From positions 14,322,001 through 14,386,000 of the forward strand of contig JBHGNT010000007.1 in NCBI GenBank assembly GCA_043228905.1: DNA of 64,000 nt, read 5' to 3'. The translations under genes and the position numbers were made by a program. The DNA is from Azolla caroliniana (taxonomy: Eukaryota > Plantae > Polypodiophyta). Below are positions 13,201 through 23,500 of this stretch, piece after piece. The notes below the pieces were generated by a model, which worked only from the letters and a program-made list of their open reading frames with translations, did not search any database and was not told where the DNA came from. Position 1 is the first letter of the stretch. Every line of letters starts with the position of its first letter.

Positions 13201-14332
13201 GTCGAACATCCTTCAGCAGCATCTTGCATCCGGTTGATGTCATCAGCCACACGTCTCCTATGCCGGCAATCCGGCACGTGCCTTCATTTCCCATCCGGAC
13301 ACAGCCGTGCTCACCGGCTGTGTAGGATGAGAAGTATTTCTTCTCCGGGGTCAGGTGGAACGACGCTCCGGAATCGACCACCCAGGTCATCTCTACACCG
13401 GCAAGGTTCAGCTCCCTCTCTTCGGTAATGAGCATTATCTCTTCTTCACTTGCCGCGAGTGCCGTCGTTCCTTTCCGGTCCTGCCCTCGCCGATCCGGAC
13501 CTCTCCGGTCCGTGGCTCCCCGGTATGCACCGTTTCTCTCCGGTGACTTCTTCGAATCGGTGTCGTCGGCTCCGTTGTCCTTTCGGTAATGCCGACAATT
13601 CTTCCGGAAGTGCCCCGGCTTTCCACAGTGGAAGCATGTGGGCCTTCCTCTTGACTGCGACCGGGTCCCCGACTTCTCCCGTCTTTGCGGACTCCGGTTC
13701 CATTGTCTTCCCCGATCCGATTCGGTAAGCAGCGCCTTTGAGTCGGAGACCGGTTCTTTATCTCTCCGACGCGCTTCTTCATTTAGAATGCTTGTCTTTA
13801 CCGTTTGTAGAGACAAGTTATCTTCGGTGCAGGATGTGCTGAGAGTCACCACCAAGTTCTCCCAGCTTTCCGGCAATGTACACATCAGAATGATGGCTTG
13901 CATTGCATCCTCCAGCGGGAACTTGATCGCCGCAAGCTGGTTCACGAATCCCATGAACGTGCTTACGTGTTCCACCATGCTCTCGCCGTCCCGGTACTTG
14001 AGGTTCACTATCTTCCTCATCAGGGAGGTCCGGTTCAACGCATTCTTCCTCTCGTAGAGGCCCGACAGCTTCCGCCACATCTCATATGCGTTGATGTCGT
14101 TCGCCACATGTTGTAGAACGCTCACGTCGACGTATTGCCGAATGGTTGCAACGGCTTTCCGGTTCAGAAGCCTCCACTCCGTCTCAAGTACCCCCTTGGG
14201 TATTTCCGACCTGTCGATCGGTTCATACAGGTCCCGAACAATGAGCAGATCCTCCATCTTTATCTTCCAGTCGGCGTAGTTCTGCGCATTTAGCACCATC
14301 ATCCCCGGCTGCCCGCTGCTGCCGCCTTCCAT
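10259..14332 (-). CDS. Copia gag-pol polyprotein (gag, CCHC, protease, integrase, RT, RNase H)
   Basis: Track ORF of 1376 aa (10259-14389); the likely start is MEGGSSGQ, downstream of the PBS. Motifs CFHCGKPGH, WVVDSGAS, WHKRLCH, IRADNGGEY, QMDVKTAFLHG, LLYVDDML, FTDSD, RTKHI. Confidence 0.96.
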   Translation of the reverse strand: MEGGSSGQPGMMVLNAQNYADWKIKMEDLLIVRDLYEPIDRSEIPKGVLETEWRLLNRKAVATIRQYVDVSVLQHVANDINAYEMWRKLSGLYERKNALNRTSLMRKIVNLKYRDGESMVEHVSTFMGFVNQLAAIKFPLEDAMQAIILMCTLPESWENLVVTLSTSCTEDNLSLQTVKTSILNEEARRRDKEPVSDSKALLTESDRGRQWNRSPQRREKSGTRSQSRGRPTCFHCGKPGHFRKNCRHYRKDNGADDTDSKKSPERNGAYRGATDRRGPDRRGQDRKGTTALAASEEEIMLITEERELNLAGVEMTWVVDSGASFHLTPEKKYFSSYTAGEHGCVRMGNEGTCRIAGIGDVWLMTSTGCKMLLKDVRHVPEVRLNLISAGRLDDEGYTGSIRNGVMKFSKGSLIVARARKVNTLYLMNAWLCPEELNVAADTAGELWHKRLCHMSEKGMKRLAEDNLIPVKHVHLEKCTDCLAGKQNQTSFHSRPPTRRSAPLELVHTDVCQVETKSHGGAQYFVTFIDDHSRKLWTAPLKTKDQVLCVFKELHARVERESGRELKAIRADNGGEYRGQFAEYCRSKGIRLEFTVPKTPELNGLAERMNRTIMERVRSMLAHAKLPKGFWAEAMSTATYVINRSPSVPLDGDTPQKVWTGKEVSYRHLKVFGCLAYVHVAKDRRGKPDPKTRPCIFLGYGDDEFGYRVWDPVDKKIFRSRDIIFMEDKTLADWESEKKMKSSKSTGEDQLYEEQSRPARDRLTLEDPAEDYEETEPAEEDENDTGTGPDPEMDSDEEESEEPVTEAPERRYPLRERRAPRRFPEPEHVLLTDEGEPESFEEAKHDTQSRRWLSAMQDEMDSLHENHTYELVELPKGKRALRNKWVFKLKPGDAENPPRYKARIVVKGFQQKKGVDFDEIFAPVVKMTSIRTVLSIAASMDLEVEQMDVKTAFLHGDLEEEIYMQQPEGFEKKGKEHLVCRLKKSLYGLKQAPRQWYRKFDSFMTDEGYHKTQFDHCVFVKKFEGGDYLILLLYVDDMLIVGRDQVKIRALKKALHRTFSMKDLGPARQILGMHIIRDRKKKQLWLSQEKYVTKVLHRFNMSEARPVGSTLPANCQLSSKQSPKTKAEKEDMMKVPYASAVGSLMYAMVCTRPDIGYAVGVVSRYMSNPGKKHWNAVKWILRYLKGTANVCLRFGSGKPELDGFTDSDMSADADTSRSTSGYVMTYAGGAVSWQSRLQKTVALSTTEAEYMAAVEAGKEIIWMKDFIRELGIRQEEYRLYCDSLSAIHLAKNAAYHSRTKHIQRRYHWIRERIEDKEFVLTKIHTDENGSDMLTKVLTPDKLGACRKRIGLERHPMPK

Positions 14333-14363
14333 TTTCTGTGTTATCGTCGCTCTGATACCAGTT

Positions 14364-14979
14364 TGTCGAAATTCCGTGCTCGGCCACAACCGAGGAATAG
14401 GATCGATTCACAGAAAACGGGAAATACACCAATGCACAAAAAAAACAATAGAGAGAAAGGGCACACTGGATTTTTACGTGGAAAACCCTAAATGGGAAAA
14501 ACCACGGGAGTGCAAGACTCCAACTATCACTATACGCGGGAATGTACAATGGCTAGCTGCAAGGCGACGACCTTGAGCTCGCTGTCCTCGCCACAGGCGG
14601 CGGTATTACACAGAGGCGTCGACCTCTTCCTTCCTCCTTCTCTCTCACTCTCTCTCGGCTGCTCTCACTTCGCTCCCTCTTAGTGGAAAACAGAAAAAAA
14701 TGAGCAACAACAAAACTGTTTGCCCTAAGTCATATTTATACACATATGACTTTCGGGCTATTTACAAATATAGCCTCTAGGGCTCTTGGCAAACATATTC
14801 ACAAATATGTCTCCGCATCCGAATCTCTCTCCGGGTACATTCGTCATCCGGCTCCGTAACCGGGATCTTCATCATCCGGCTCCGTAGCCGGGGTCTTCAT
14901 CATCCGGCTCCGTAACCGCAACCGGGCTTGCCGTCATTCATCTCCGGACATCCCATCCGGAGGGACCGAAATCCCAACA
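14364..14979 (-). repeat. 5' LTR of Copia B, with 3 copies of the 28-bp repeat
   Basis: Repeat of 9605-10248, adjacent to the PBS. Confidence 0.97.
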
Positions 14980-15307
14980 TATGCTTCATCCTTGGTGTGT
15001 GAGGTTACAGGTTCAAGTCTCTCAAATGTTACTTAATACAATATTCAAGTTTATTTTTATATCGTGAAGCAAATCCTTCACGACACCGGTAACCGGAAGC
15101 GGCAAGCAATTGGCTGGCAACCAAGAGGAGCCGGTGTTACCAGACAACCGGGACTAATGCTTAATTATTAATAAATAAATAAATAAAAATCATCATGCAT
15201 AGGCGAGGAGCGAATGGGCACTTTGAAAAGGTGTGTGGTTGGTGGCTAATCAAAGCCTATTTAAAAAACAACATGTGTCAACCGACTATTATTATAGTAC
15301 ATGACGT

Positions 15308-17300
15308 TGTCGCGAAGATTCGCGCGTGCGTGTGCTACTCGATCGACCACCGGGGTATTGGACTGGGGAGGACGTTCGCGGAATTATCAAAGAGATGACG
15401 ATCAATGTAAGATTGGATGAAATTTGTTCACTTGAGAAGAAGAAAGATATGAAGAAGATAAAGATAATTATATTGATGATAGTGGTGTTGGTGATATCAC
15501 ATATTGAGCCTCCCTTACACAAGCCCAACTAGAGGCTTTTATAGTTCTTTCCATGCTTGTGACATGCACAAAAACATGGGCTAAAACCATGGTTTTGTGC
15601 ACACGGTTTTGCTTATGTTATGCACAAAGCATGGGTTTAGAACCATGGTTTTGTGCACATGGTTTTCTATGGTTGTTTCGTCTATAATTCGTATATGAAA
15701 AGGAAATACATAAAATCTACACTATATGATAGTTGTCCTAGTGGTAAGGCAAACATCTTGTATCTTAGAGGTGCAAGGTTCAAAACCTTGCTTGTACCCC
15801 TCTGTATGAACTCAAGTGCCACTAAGCCTTAGGCTTATTTGCTAAGTGTATGTGCAATGTTGCACATCCTTGGTTTATTTGTTTCACACCGTAGCCGAAA
15901 ATCGTCACGACATCCACCCCCACCAAACCCACACATCCTCCGGTATGTGCCGAGAAAGGTGAAGAGGTGAGATCTTTGGCAACGGTGATCAACCAAGTTC
16001 CTCCACACGCTCGTCGACCTCGTCTGACTTCGTCTTCCACTTTGAGTATGCCCAATCTTTCCAACCAAACCACCGTAGCCACCCAATCCACCATATCCGG
16101 CGCTCACACCTTCTTCACTGGTCGGTTGTAGTAGATCTACCGAATGATGTTGTCGATCTGACTACTCTTTCTTCGTCCACCGTGCGTGTCCTTTCATTGG
16201 ACTCCTGGCCACTCCTCGCGCTCACCGTCTTCAACTGGGTATTGTGGATCGTTCGTGTTGATCTCCGATTAGGCCGGGTTTGCCCTTGTCCGGATCGGTC
16301 TCTACCGATCACTTCTTGGCTCGTTTGGCCTTCGTCTACATTCGCATTTCACCGAGTCGGGCTCGATCGATTGATTCCTGTCGGGTCGGCCCCCTTTTGG
16401 ATCGGGATTGTCCGATCGATTTCCACCGAATCAGGTTTTGGCCGGGTCGGCCCCGGTCGATCGGCTCCCATGTGGATCTTCCTTCATTTGGGCCGGAATC
16501 CCAGACTGATCGTCTTCTGGTTCGACCAATTCTCGACTCTTCCTTCCTTCCTGCATGCCGCATCTCCATCGAACTCAACCGTGGCTTCATCCTTGGCCTC
16601 CTCGTCGGCAACATCCTTCCCTCCATGTATGCTCACCTCGATCCATATTGTCTCCTCTCCGCCACCTCCTGTATCTTTGGTCTTATGTTGACACACGGTT
16701 TCGATTGCCGAAGTCTTCGGAACCAATGTGAAGGAATCCCTTTGTTCATGCACATTTTACCTTGTCTTCCTCATCGCCCTTCCGGTCGTCCGCTTTTCCG
16801 TTGACACATTCCGTCTCCCCGGTCTCACGTTGGCGCACGTGTTGGTGTGGGGATAGGTGTGGGGATGTCCTTTCTTCCTTGATCTTCTTCCTCCTTGTGT
16901 TGGGCCTTCGTCTTCCCGTCACCACCTTCCGTCTCTCCGGTCTGACGTTGGCACGCGGGTGCAATCGCGGAAGTCTCGGGAACAAGAGTGGAGAAAGTAT
17001 CGACATGGCTATCCGTCGTCGACTTGTCCATAGCCACCTCCGACTCGATGTCGTTTGTCATGGCTACCTCCTCAATCACGCCGGACTCAAACACTTTATC
17101 TCCCTCGATCATGCAAGCTTTTCTCATGCTTGCACCTTCATCAACCGATGTTTCGTACACAATGCGTGTTCCGAAACATTTATCCTCCCTCGAAGTGGCG
17201 TTCATCGTCCTTGAGTCATCAGCCTCCTCCTTGGCCATCGTTTCTTCGTAAGACAAGAAGGTGCCTAGAATGGCTCCACCCCCCCTCCTAAGGGGGTTCA
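15308..17300 (-). mobile_element. Truncated L-family non-autonomous element: 3' LTR 15308-15912, PPT, low-complexity internal ORF remnants
   Basis: TGTCGCGAAG...GTCACGACA termini. TCCACCCCCACC (PPT on minus) as at 32711 and 62430. ORF 16825-17301 is homologous to the C-terminus of ORF 33663-34469. Confidence 0.8.
15733..15792 (+). other. tRNA-like segment in L LTR
   Basis: TGTCCTAGTGGTAAGGC (A box/D arm), then GAGGT-GCAAGG-TTCAAAA-CCTTGC (paired T arm, B box). Confidence 0.65.
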
Positions 17301-17519
17301 ACGTTAAGGGGGAGAGAGAGAGAGAAAGATGTCAAAGAGAGAGAGAGAGAAATGATCATTCTATTCATGTCACTTACTCACACCTCTTTGTATCCACCAC
17401 ACTGACACTTACATTCACACTCATAATCGTATAACATTACACATACATATAAACACATTACATCTTTCACCCTCACTTATCACACTTATCAATCACCCAT
17501 ACATCTCGTACGGTAACAA

Positions 17520-19269
17520 GAATCTAATTTACTTTGTCACCAGTCATACATTGAATTGGAGGTAGGCTCGTTGGTCATCTTTTGTTGCTGACTACGACTT
17601 CGAGATCTTGTTTCGACCTGGCGTTCAACATGGGAAAGCTAATGCCCTCTCTCGGCATCCAGATTTCGCACTACGCCCAGGAGACGACGCATATGCTTAG
17701 CAATCCCACTGTTTGTTGAGACCCGATCAACTTCATATGTTTCCAACCTGCATGTTGCTTGATGATTCTTTGTTCAACGAGATCGCCAAGGCAATCATGT
17801 CAAACCCATTCACCAAGGAAATCATGCATCAAAGACCCATCCTTGGAAATGAAAGCTTAGATCTCAACTAATTTACAACCCGGGATGGGTTACTATATCC
17901 TAATCACCTCGTATACATTCTAGAAAGATCGTGTCACACACGGGTATTACAAAACTATCATGATGATCCTCTTGCCAGCCACCTTGGGGTTACGAAGACA
18001 GTAGAGTTGCTATCTCAAGGGTTTTGGTGGCCCCAACCTTGGAAAAATTTTCAAGGAATTTATCAAGACGTGTGACGTATGTGCTCACTCCAAAGTGGCT
18101 AACCATCGGCCATACGATCTTCTCCACCCACTCCCAATTCCAAGTCGACCATGGGCGTACATATCCATGGAATTTATAATTGACCTCCCTCATGTTAGTG
18201 GACATGACACGGTGCTAGTGATTGTCGATCGATTTTCAAAGATGGTTCACTTTGTCCCCTATTCCAAAACCTTTTTCTTAAAAATGTTGTTCTACTATAC
18301 GGCTTACCCGAGGATATCACCTCTGACCGAAATTCTCAATTCATCTCCCACTTCTGGCGACGACTTCTACAGACATTCGGGACTTCTATCAACTTGTCAA
18401 CAACGTACCATCCTTAAACTGACGGACAAACCGAAAGAGTCAACCAAATCGTCGAACAATACCTCCGATGTACCGTGAGCTACCAACAAGAGGACTGGGT
18501 GGACTTCCTTGTAAAGGCGGAATTTGCCTACAATAATAGTATCCATGCCACATGCCCCCACTTTACACGATGTGCATCATGACCTCTCCCTTGAGCTCTA
18601 TATCGCTGGCGACCAATATAAAGATCAAGCTAACGAACATCGCTTGGCCACGCCAACTTTTGCAGTTGAGGACATGGTTTGGTTGTTATGTCGCCACATT
18701 GCGACCACACGTCCTTGAGCAAAATTGGACTACAAAAAGTCCAAGGTCCCTTATGTATCATTGAGGGAATTGACCATGTTGCCTTCCGGTTAGCACTTCC
18801 CCCAACATTCAAGATTCACAACGTTTTCCACGTTTCCCTCGAACTCTACCATGCTTCTCGAATCCCGGGATGAAAACCTCCTCCACCACAACCCATGGAA
18901 TTGTCTTGGGAGGCGGCCTTAGAAGGAGGATAATGTCATAGACATGATGCCACAGTGGAATGTCAGGGTTGAACCCATGACCTCTTGGTCTTAGTGGGCA
19001 ACCTTACCAATTGAACTACATCTATCTGTGCATCATTATATAAGATTAAACTTCTTATATTGTAGGTTCATCACGAAAACTTGCATGCATCCTCATGCAT
19101 TTTCTAGAAGTTTCTTACCTTTCATGCATACCTCCTCGTTCTTGTATAAATACTCAGGTGCACCTTGATTCTAATCAAGGTGAACAACACCAGTTACGAA
19201 AGCATAAGTTTAGTTCTTGTTCTCTTGTCACTCTTTCTCTTGTCTATTTTCTCTCTCTCTCTTGTTTAT

Positions 19270-19306
<37 letters not shown>

Positions 19307-19336
19307 GTATCTACCCTCATCTACTCATCCGTGACA
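17520..19336 (+). mobile_element. Decayed chromovirus-type Gypsy fragment: RNase H end, integrase, PPT and 3' LTR 18934-19336
   Basis: ARWSSFVADYDFEILFRPG, PLPIPSRPWAYISMEFI, VDRFSKM, GP...FRLALP...HNVFHVSL. PPT AGAAGGAGGA, then TGTCAT...GTGACA. Confidence 0.8.
18960..19022 (-). other. tRNA-like segment in chromovirus-type LTR
   Basis: Minus strand reads TGTAGTTCAATTGGTAAGG...GAGGTCATGGGTTCAACCCTG. Confidence 0.65.
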
Positions 19337-19880
19337 TCATCGACTTAATCAAAACGAAAGAGATTGTCTACGACCAAAGATGGGTCCAGACCCACAAATA
19401 TTTCGACAAGTGCTGTCACGACAGAAGGACTCCAAATTGAGCAAGAGTACTTGAATAGTAATTTCATGAGGCCGCACCGGGATAGAGCCCTGATTCAGAT
19501 TGGATATTTGAAGGATTTGGTGGTGGCATTGATTGATCTCATGTTTCCTAACTTCTATCGGAAGGGTCGATGGCCTATCAACATTAGGCATGGGTGGATG
19601 ATTCGGGCGGTGACAAGGGCAACAGAAGAACTTCATGGGTCTTTCCCTAATGTAGCAGTGAAAATCGGTGACCTCAAACTTGATCAACATTTTTTCATAC
19701 AAGAGTTGGTGTCGCACCATGTCATCGTTGGAGAACCCTACATTACGGCATCCCGAATGGAGATGAAAGTGCTTGATAATGGTTCGGCATATGCTCGAGT
19801 TTAGTTCAATTTCTTGCTGTGAAACCAAACCATGAATGAAATAGGCATAGCTTAGGAAGAGAATCTAGAGAGGAGTTTTA
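19337..19880 (+). pseudogene. Gypsy aspartic-protease region remnant
   Basis: ORF 19364-19804 contains VALID...LHGSFPNVAVKIG...FFIQE...VIVGEPY, a retropepsin-like C-terminal pattern. Confidence 0.6.
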
Positions 19881-20569
19881 GTTCGGGCTATTAGGGAGAG
19901 GGACAAGAATAGTAGGGGACATCTGACTTTCTTTCTTTTTTTCCTGGAAAATATCCATTCATTAGTTATAAACAATTATTACAAGCATGTTGACCTACCG
20001 TCAAGCTACCATTGGTATGTTGCATTATTCCTTAGGTTCCCATCCCTAAAGGATAAATAGTATCAACACTACACCACTCCATAACCTAGTTATGTGATTG
20101 GTTGTGGGAACAACCATATTAGTGGTACTAAGCACCATTTGGGTCTTGCATTTTGTAATGTGAGAAAAGGGGCATTCTTCCAATAGGCAATAAATTTGAG
20201 GCATTGCAATACTACAACATCTGTCTCACCTTTAATGTCATCATATCCCCCTTTCAAGGTATGCGGGTAAAAGCATGCGAGTGGAAACACTATTATAGCT
20301 AATTAGGTGGTAAAATGGCCATAGCTATTTAGCTATTTGTTTAACTAGTTTTTTGTGGGCAAATCATAAGGATCATTTATGAAATTTTATGCTTTATTAG
20401 TTAAATATATGTCATTTAATATATGAGAATACTCAAAATTTGAAATTTTGTTTCTGACGTAGTCGAACTTGGGGAATAGTGCCCTCATCTAAACTCGACT
20501 TGAATGTCACCAAATTCCTGCTAATCCGGAGTTTGAGTTCGAATTCCAAATTGATAGAGTACTCTGAGC

Positions 20570-23500
20570 ATGAATGGAGATGAAGCTCCCGCAGTAGCAC
20601 AAAAACTCTGATATCGACATTGCACCTTTAGAACTACAACACACCACTAGTTCAACCCTCGTCCAGGTATGTATTAGTTACAAATTAACAAATATTATTT
20701 TTTTCCTTACTAATAACTGTAACTTTGTTGCCTGTTCATCTTTTATAAAAAACGATTAGAGCAAAGTCGTTGGAGTTCCAAACCAGGATGTCTCGAAGAT
20801 CAAGGTGTAGTAGCAAGTGTGTTTATGATTGACTATTTTTTTTATTAGAGTTGATTTCATACATATTTTAGATGAGGGTTTTTTATTTTCGTAAGCGGTT
20901 GATTTCTGATTATGGTTTCTTATTAAGGTTTCTAATTAGGATTTCTAATTTCCTTAAGTGTTTGATTTCTGATTAGGGTTTCTGATTAAGGTTTCTAAAT
21001 AGGGTTTCTGATTTTTTAAGCGGTTGATTTTTTATTACTGTTGAAAATTTCAGATTTAGTGTTGGAATTTGGCACCAATTCACATTTTTTATTTCAATGG
21101 TAACTATGTGTCTGCAAACTTCCCCCAAACTTGATTTAGGATTTGGTTGATTGTGGCTGGTTTTTTATTTTTGATTCTCCCCTACCAATTATGGTTCTAA
21201 ATACACATGTCTCAGTAGAGAAAAGGTAATATGCATTGATTTTTTATTTCAGGTGGCTCGTTCCTCCATATCCTAGAGTGATGAACTTTGCAAAGTTTTG
21301 CGAGACAAAAGAGGACTTTAACAACATATATGGTCTGTCGCCAGAGGGTATTGACCCTGCTATTCTAACTAATGAATTGATTAGTGATGTAGACTGGTTG
21401 TCAGTCTATAAAGTGCCCAGAGTGAAAGACAAGGTAAAGCTTAAACATGTACGACTGGAGCTGTATGACAACTGCATCAGGCTCCACCAGAAAGTACATC
21501 AAGAGATCCCGGTCAACAACGAGTTGTCAGTTGCATTCGCGAGAGCTTTTGGGTACGAGTATTGTCAAACAACGAAGGAAGCAACGGACCCTGAAATGTG
21601 GTGAGGCATCGGTAGAACGATGCCGGAAGATGGGGAGCTTGCAACAAAAAATGGCAAGATTCTGGAGCATGGTAGTTGATAATGCAACTGCTGACTCCCA
21701 ACAAACCCGCAAGTATACACCACACCGAAACACAATGAAAGCCAATGTCGATGATACAAGTGAGACATTTATTAGCTATATGCTGAAAAATGTCCATGAA
21801 GCCTGTGAGACATTAGAGGCAACAAAGACTGATTTAGAGAAAGCAACATTGGTTGCTACGATGGAGAGCAAAGTCACTTTGGCAATGACAACAATCAGAA
21901 ATAAGATTCAGGTAGTAATTGTTTTGCTAGTATGTTACATGGTATAAAACTTTTACATGAAAATGTGCTTAGTGAGGCATTATCTGGAACAGGTTGCTCA
22001 ACATGAGCTCGAAATTGAGAGGCCGATGGATCCCCAATGGAAAACACAACTGCAAACAAAGATCCGGGTTCTTTCAATGAACCTGGACCTTCTAGGTGTA
22101 AATACTGTCGTTGATTACAAAGATCCAGGTTCTTTCCAGCACACATACCATATCATTTGTTTTCAATATGCCTGTCGCATTGCTACAGTCTATTTAGGGG
22201 ATTGCAATACAACTCTCCCAGATGAGTGGAGAAAACTGACAAGTAAAAATGCAGCTTGTCTCTATAATGTTGTAGCTAATTAGCTAAGCGGCATAAAGTA
22301 TGGTACCTAGTTAGTTGTTATAGTTCAATAGTGTGGTAGCTAATTAGCTACAACCTAGGTATTAGCTAATTAGCTACTGCAAATCTATGGTCTAGCAGCT
22401 AATTACCTAAAGTGTAGCTAATTAACTAAGCAATATCAAAAGTGGTAGCTAATTAGCTACTGCCATAATGAAGAAGAATAGCTAACTAACTGAGATGTAA
22501 CTAATTAGCTATTGTCAACCTATAGTCTAGTAGCTAATTAGCTAAGATGTAGGTAATTAGCTACTACCATAATCAAGTAGAATAGCTAATTAACTATTGC
22601 TAGCCTATAGTGTAGTAGCTAACTAGCTACTACCATATTTAAGTAGAATAACTAATTAGCTATTGTGGAGCTAATTAGCTAAGCAGTATCAAAAGTGGTA
22701 GCTAATTAGCTACCTCCATAGTTAAGAAGAATAACTAATTAGCTAAGATGTAGCTATTTAGCAACTTTCAACCTATAGTCTAGCAGCTAATTAGCTAAGA
22801 TGTGGCTAATTAGTTAAGTGGTAGTGTATTAGCTACTACCATAATTAAGTAGAATAACTAATTAGCTACTGCCAACCTATAGTGTAGTAGTTAATTAGCT
22901 ACAATGTAGCTAATTAGCTACTACCATATTTAAGTAGAATAGCTAATTAGCTACTGCCAATCTATAGTCTAACATCTTTTTAGCTAAGCAGTATCAAGAG
23001 TGGTAGCTAATTAGCTACTACCATACTTAAGTGGCTAATTAGCTATTGCAACCTATAGTGTAGCAACTAATTAGCTACAATGTAGTTAATTAGCTAGTAC
23101 CATACTTAAGTAGAATAGCTAATTAGCTTCGATGTAGCTAATTAGCTAATGTCATGCTAAAGTCAACAACTATTTAGCTACTGCCAACCTATAGTGTAGT
23201 AACTAATTAGCTACATTGTAGCTAATTAGTTAAGTGGTAGCTAATTAGCTACTACCATACTTAAGTAGAATAGCTAATTAGCTTCAATAGTAGCTAATTA
23301 GTTACAATGTAGCTAATTCGCTAAGTGGTAACTAATTCACTACAATGATACTTAAGTAGAATAACTAATTTGTTACATCTTAGCTAATTAGCTAAGCCAT
23401 ATAAAGTGTGGTAGCTATTTAGTTGTTATGGTTCAATTGTGTAGTAGCTAATTAGCTACAACCTAGGTGCTAGCTAATTAAGTACTGCAAATCTATGGTC

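Larger units (their letters stand above)
9605..14979 (-). mobile_element. Ty1/Copia element B (Tnt1/Tork-like), intact and very recent
   Basis: LTRs at 14364-14979 (5', 616 bp) and 9605-10248 (3', 644 bp). TSD TATGC (9600-9604 and 14980-14984). PBS-Met at 14349-14360, PPT GAAGGGGGAG at 10251-10260. One uninterrupted gag-pol ORF. Confidence 0.98.
8888..15085. mobile_element. Probable solo LTR of long-LTR Gypsy family L (~820 bp net), split by Copia B
   Basis: Starts TGTCGAGG and ends CTTCACGACA like the other L copies. Shares the GCCATTTGGCGCACATG block and tRNA-like module with 42130-42250/55065-55180 and 61620-61805. H1 pol resumes after 15085. TSD imperfect (GCGG vs CCGG). Confidence 0.7.

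Noticed and set aside
10274-14279. Many plus-strand ORFs of 60-185 aa
   Set aside because: They are antisense shadows of the GC-rich Copia B ORF with no recognisable motifs.
17330-17518. Possible short LTR (TGTCAAAG...GGTAACA) after a purine tract
   Set aside because: No second copy or TSD in the window, so it cannot be supported.
20288-20300. CACTA as a transposon terminus
   Set aside because: Only a 5-bp match, no partner TIR, and the transposase motifs are not CACTA-like.
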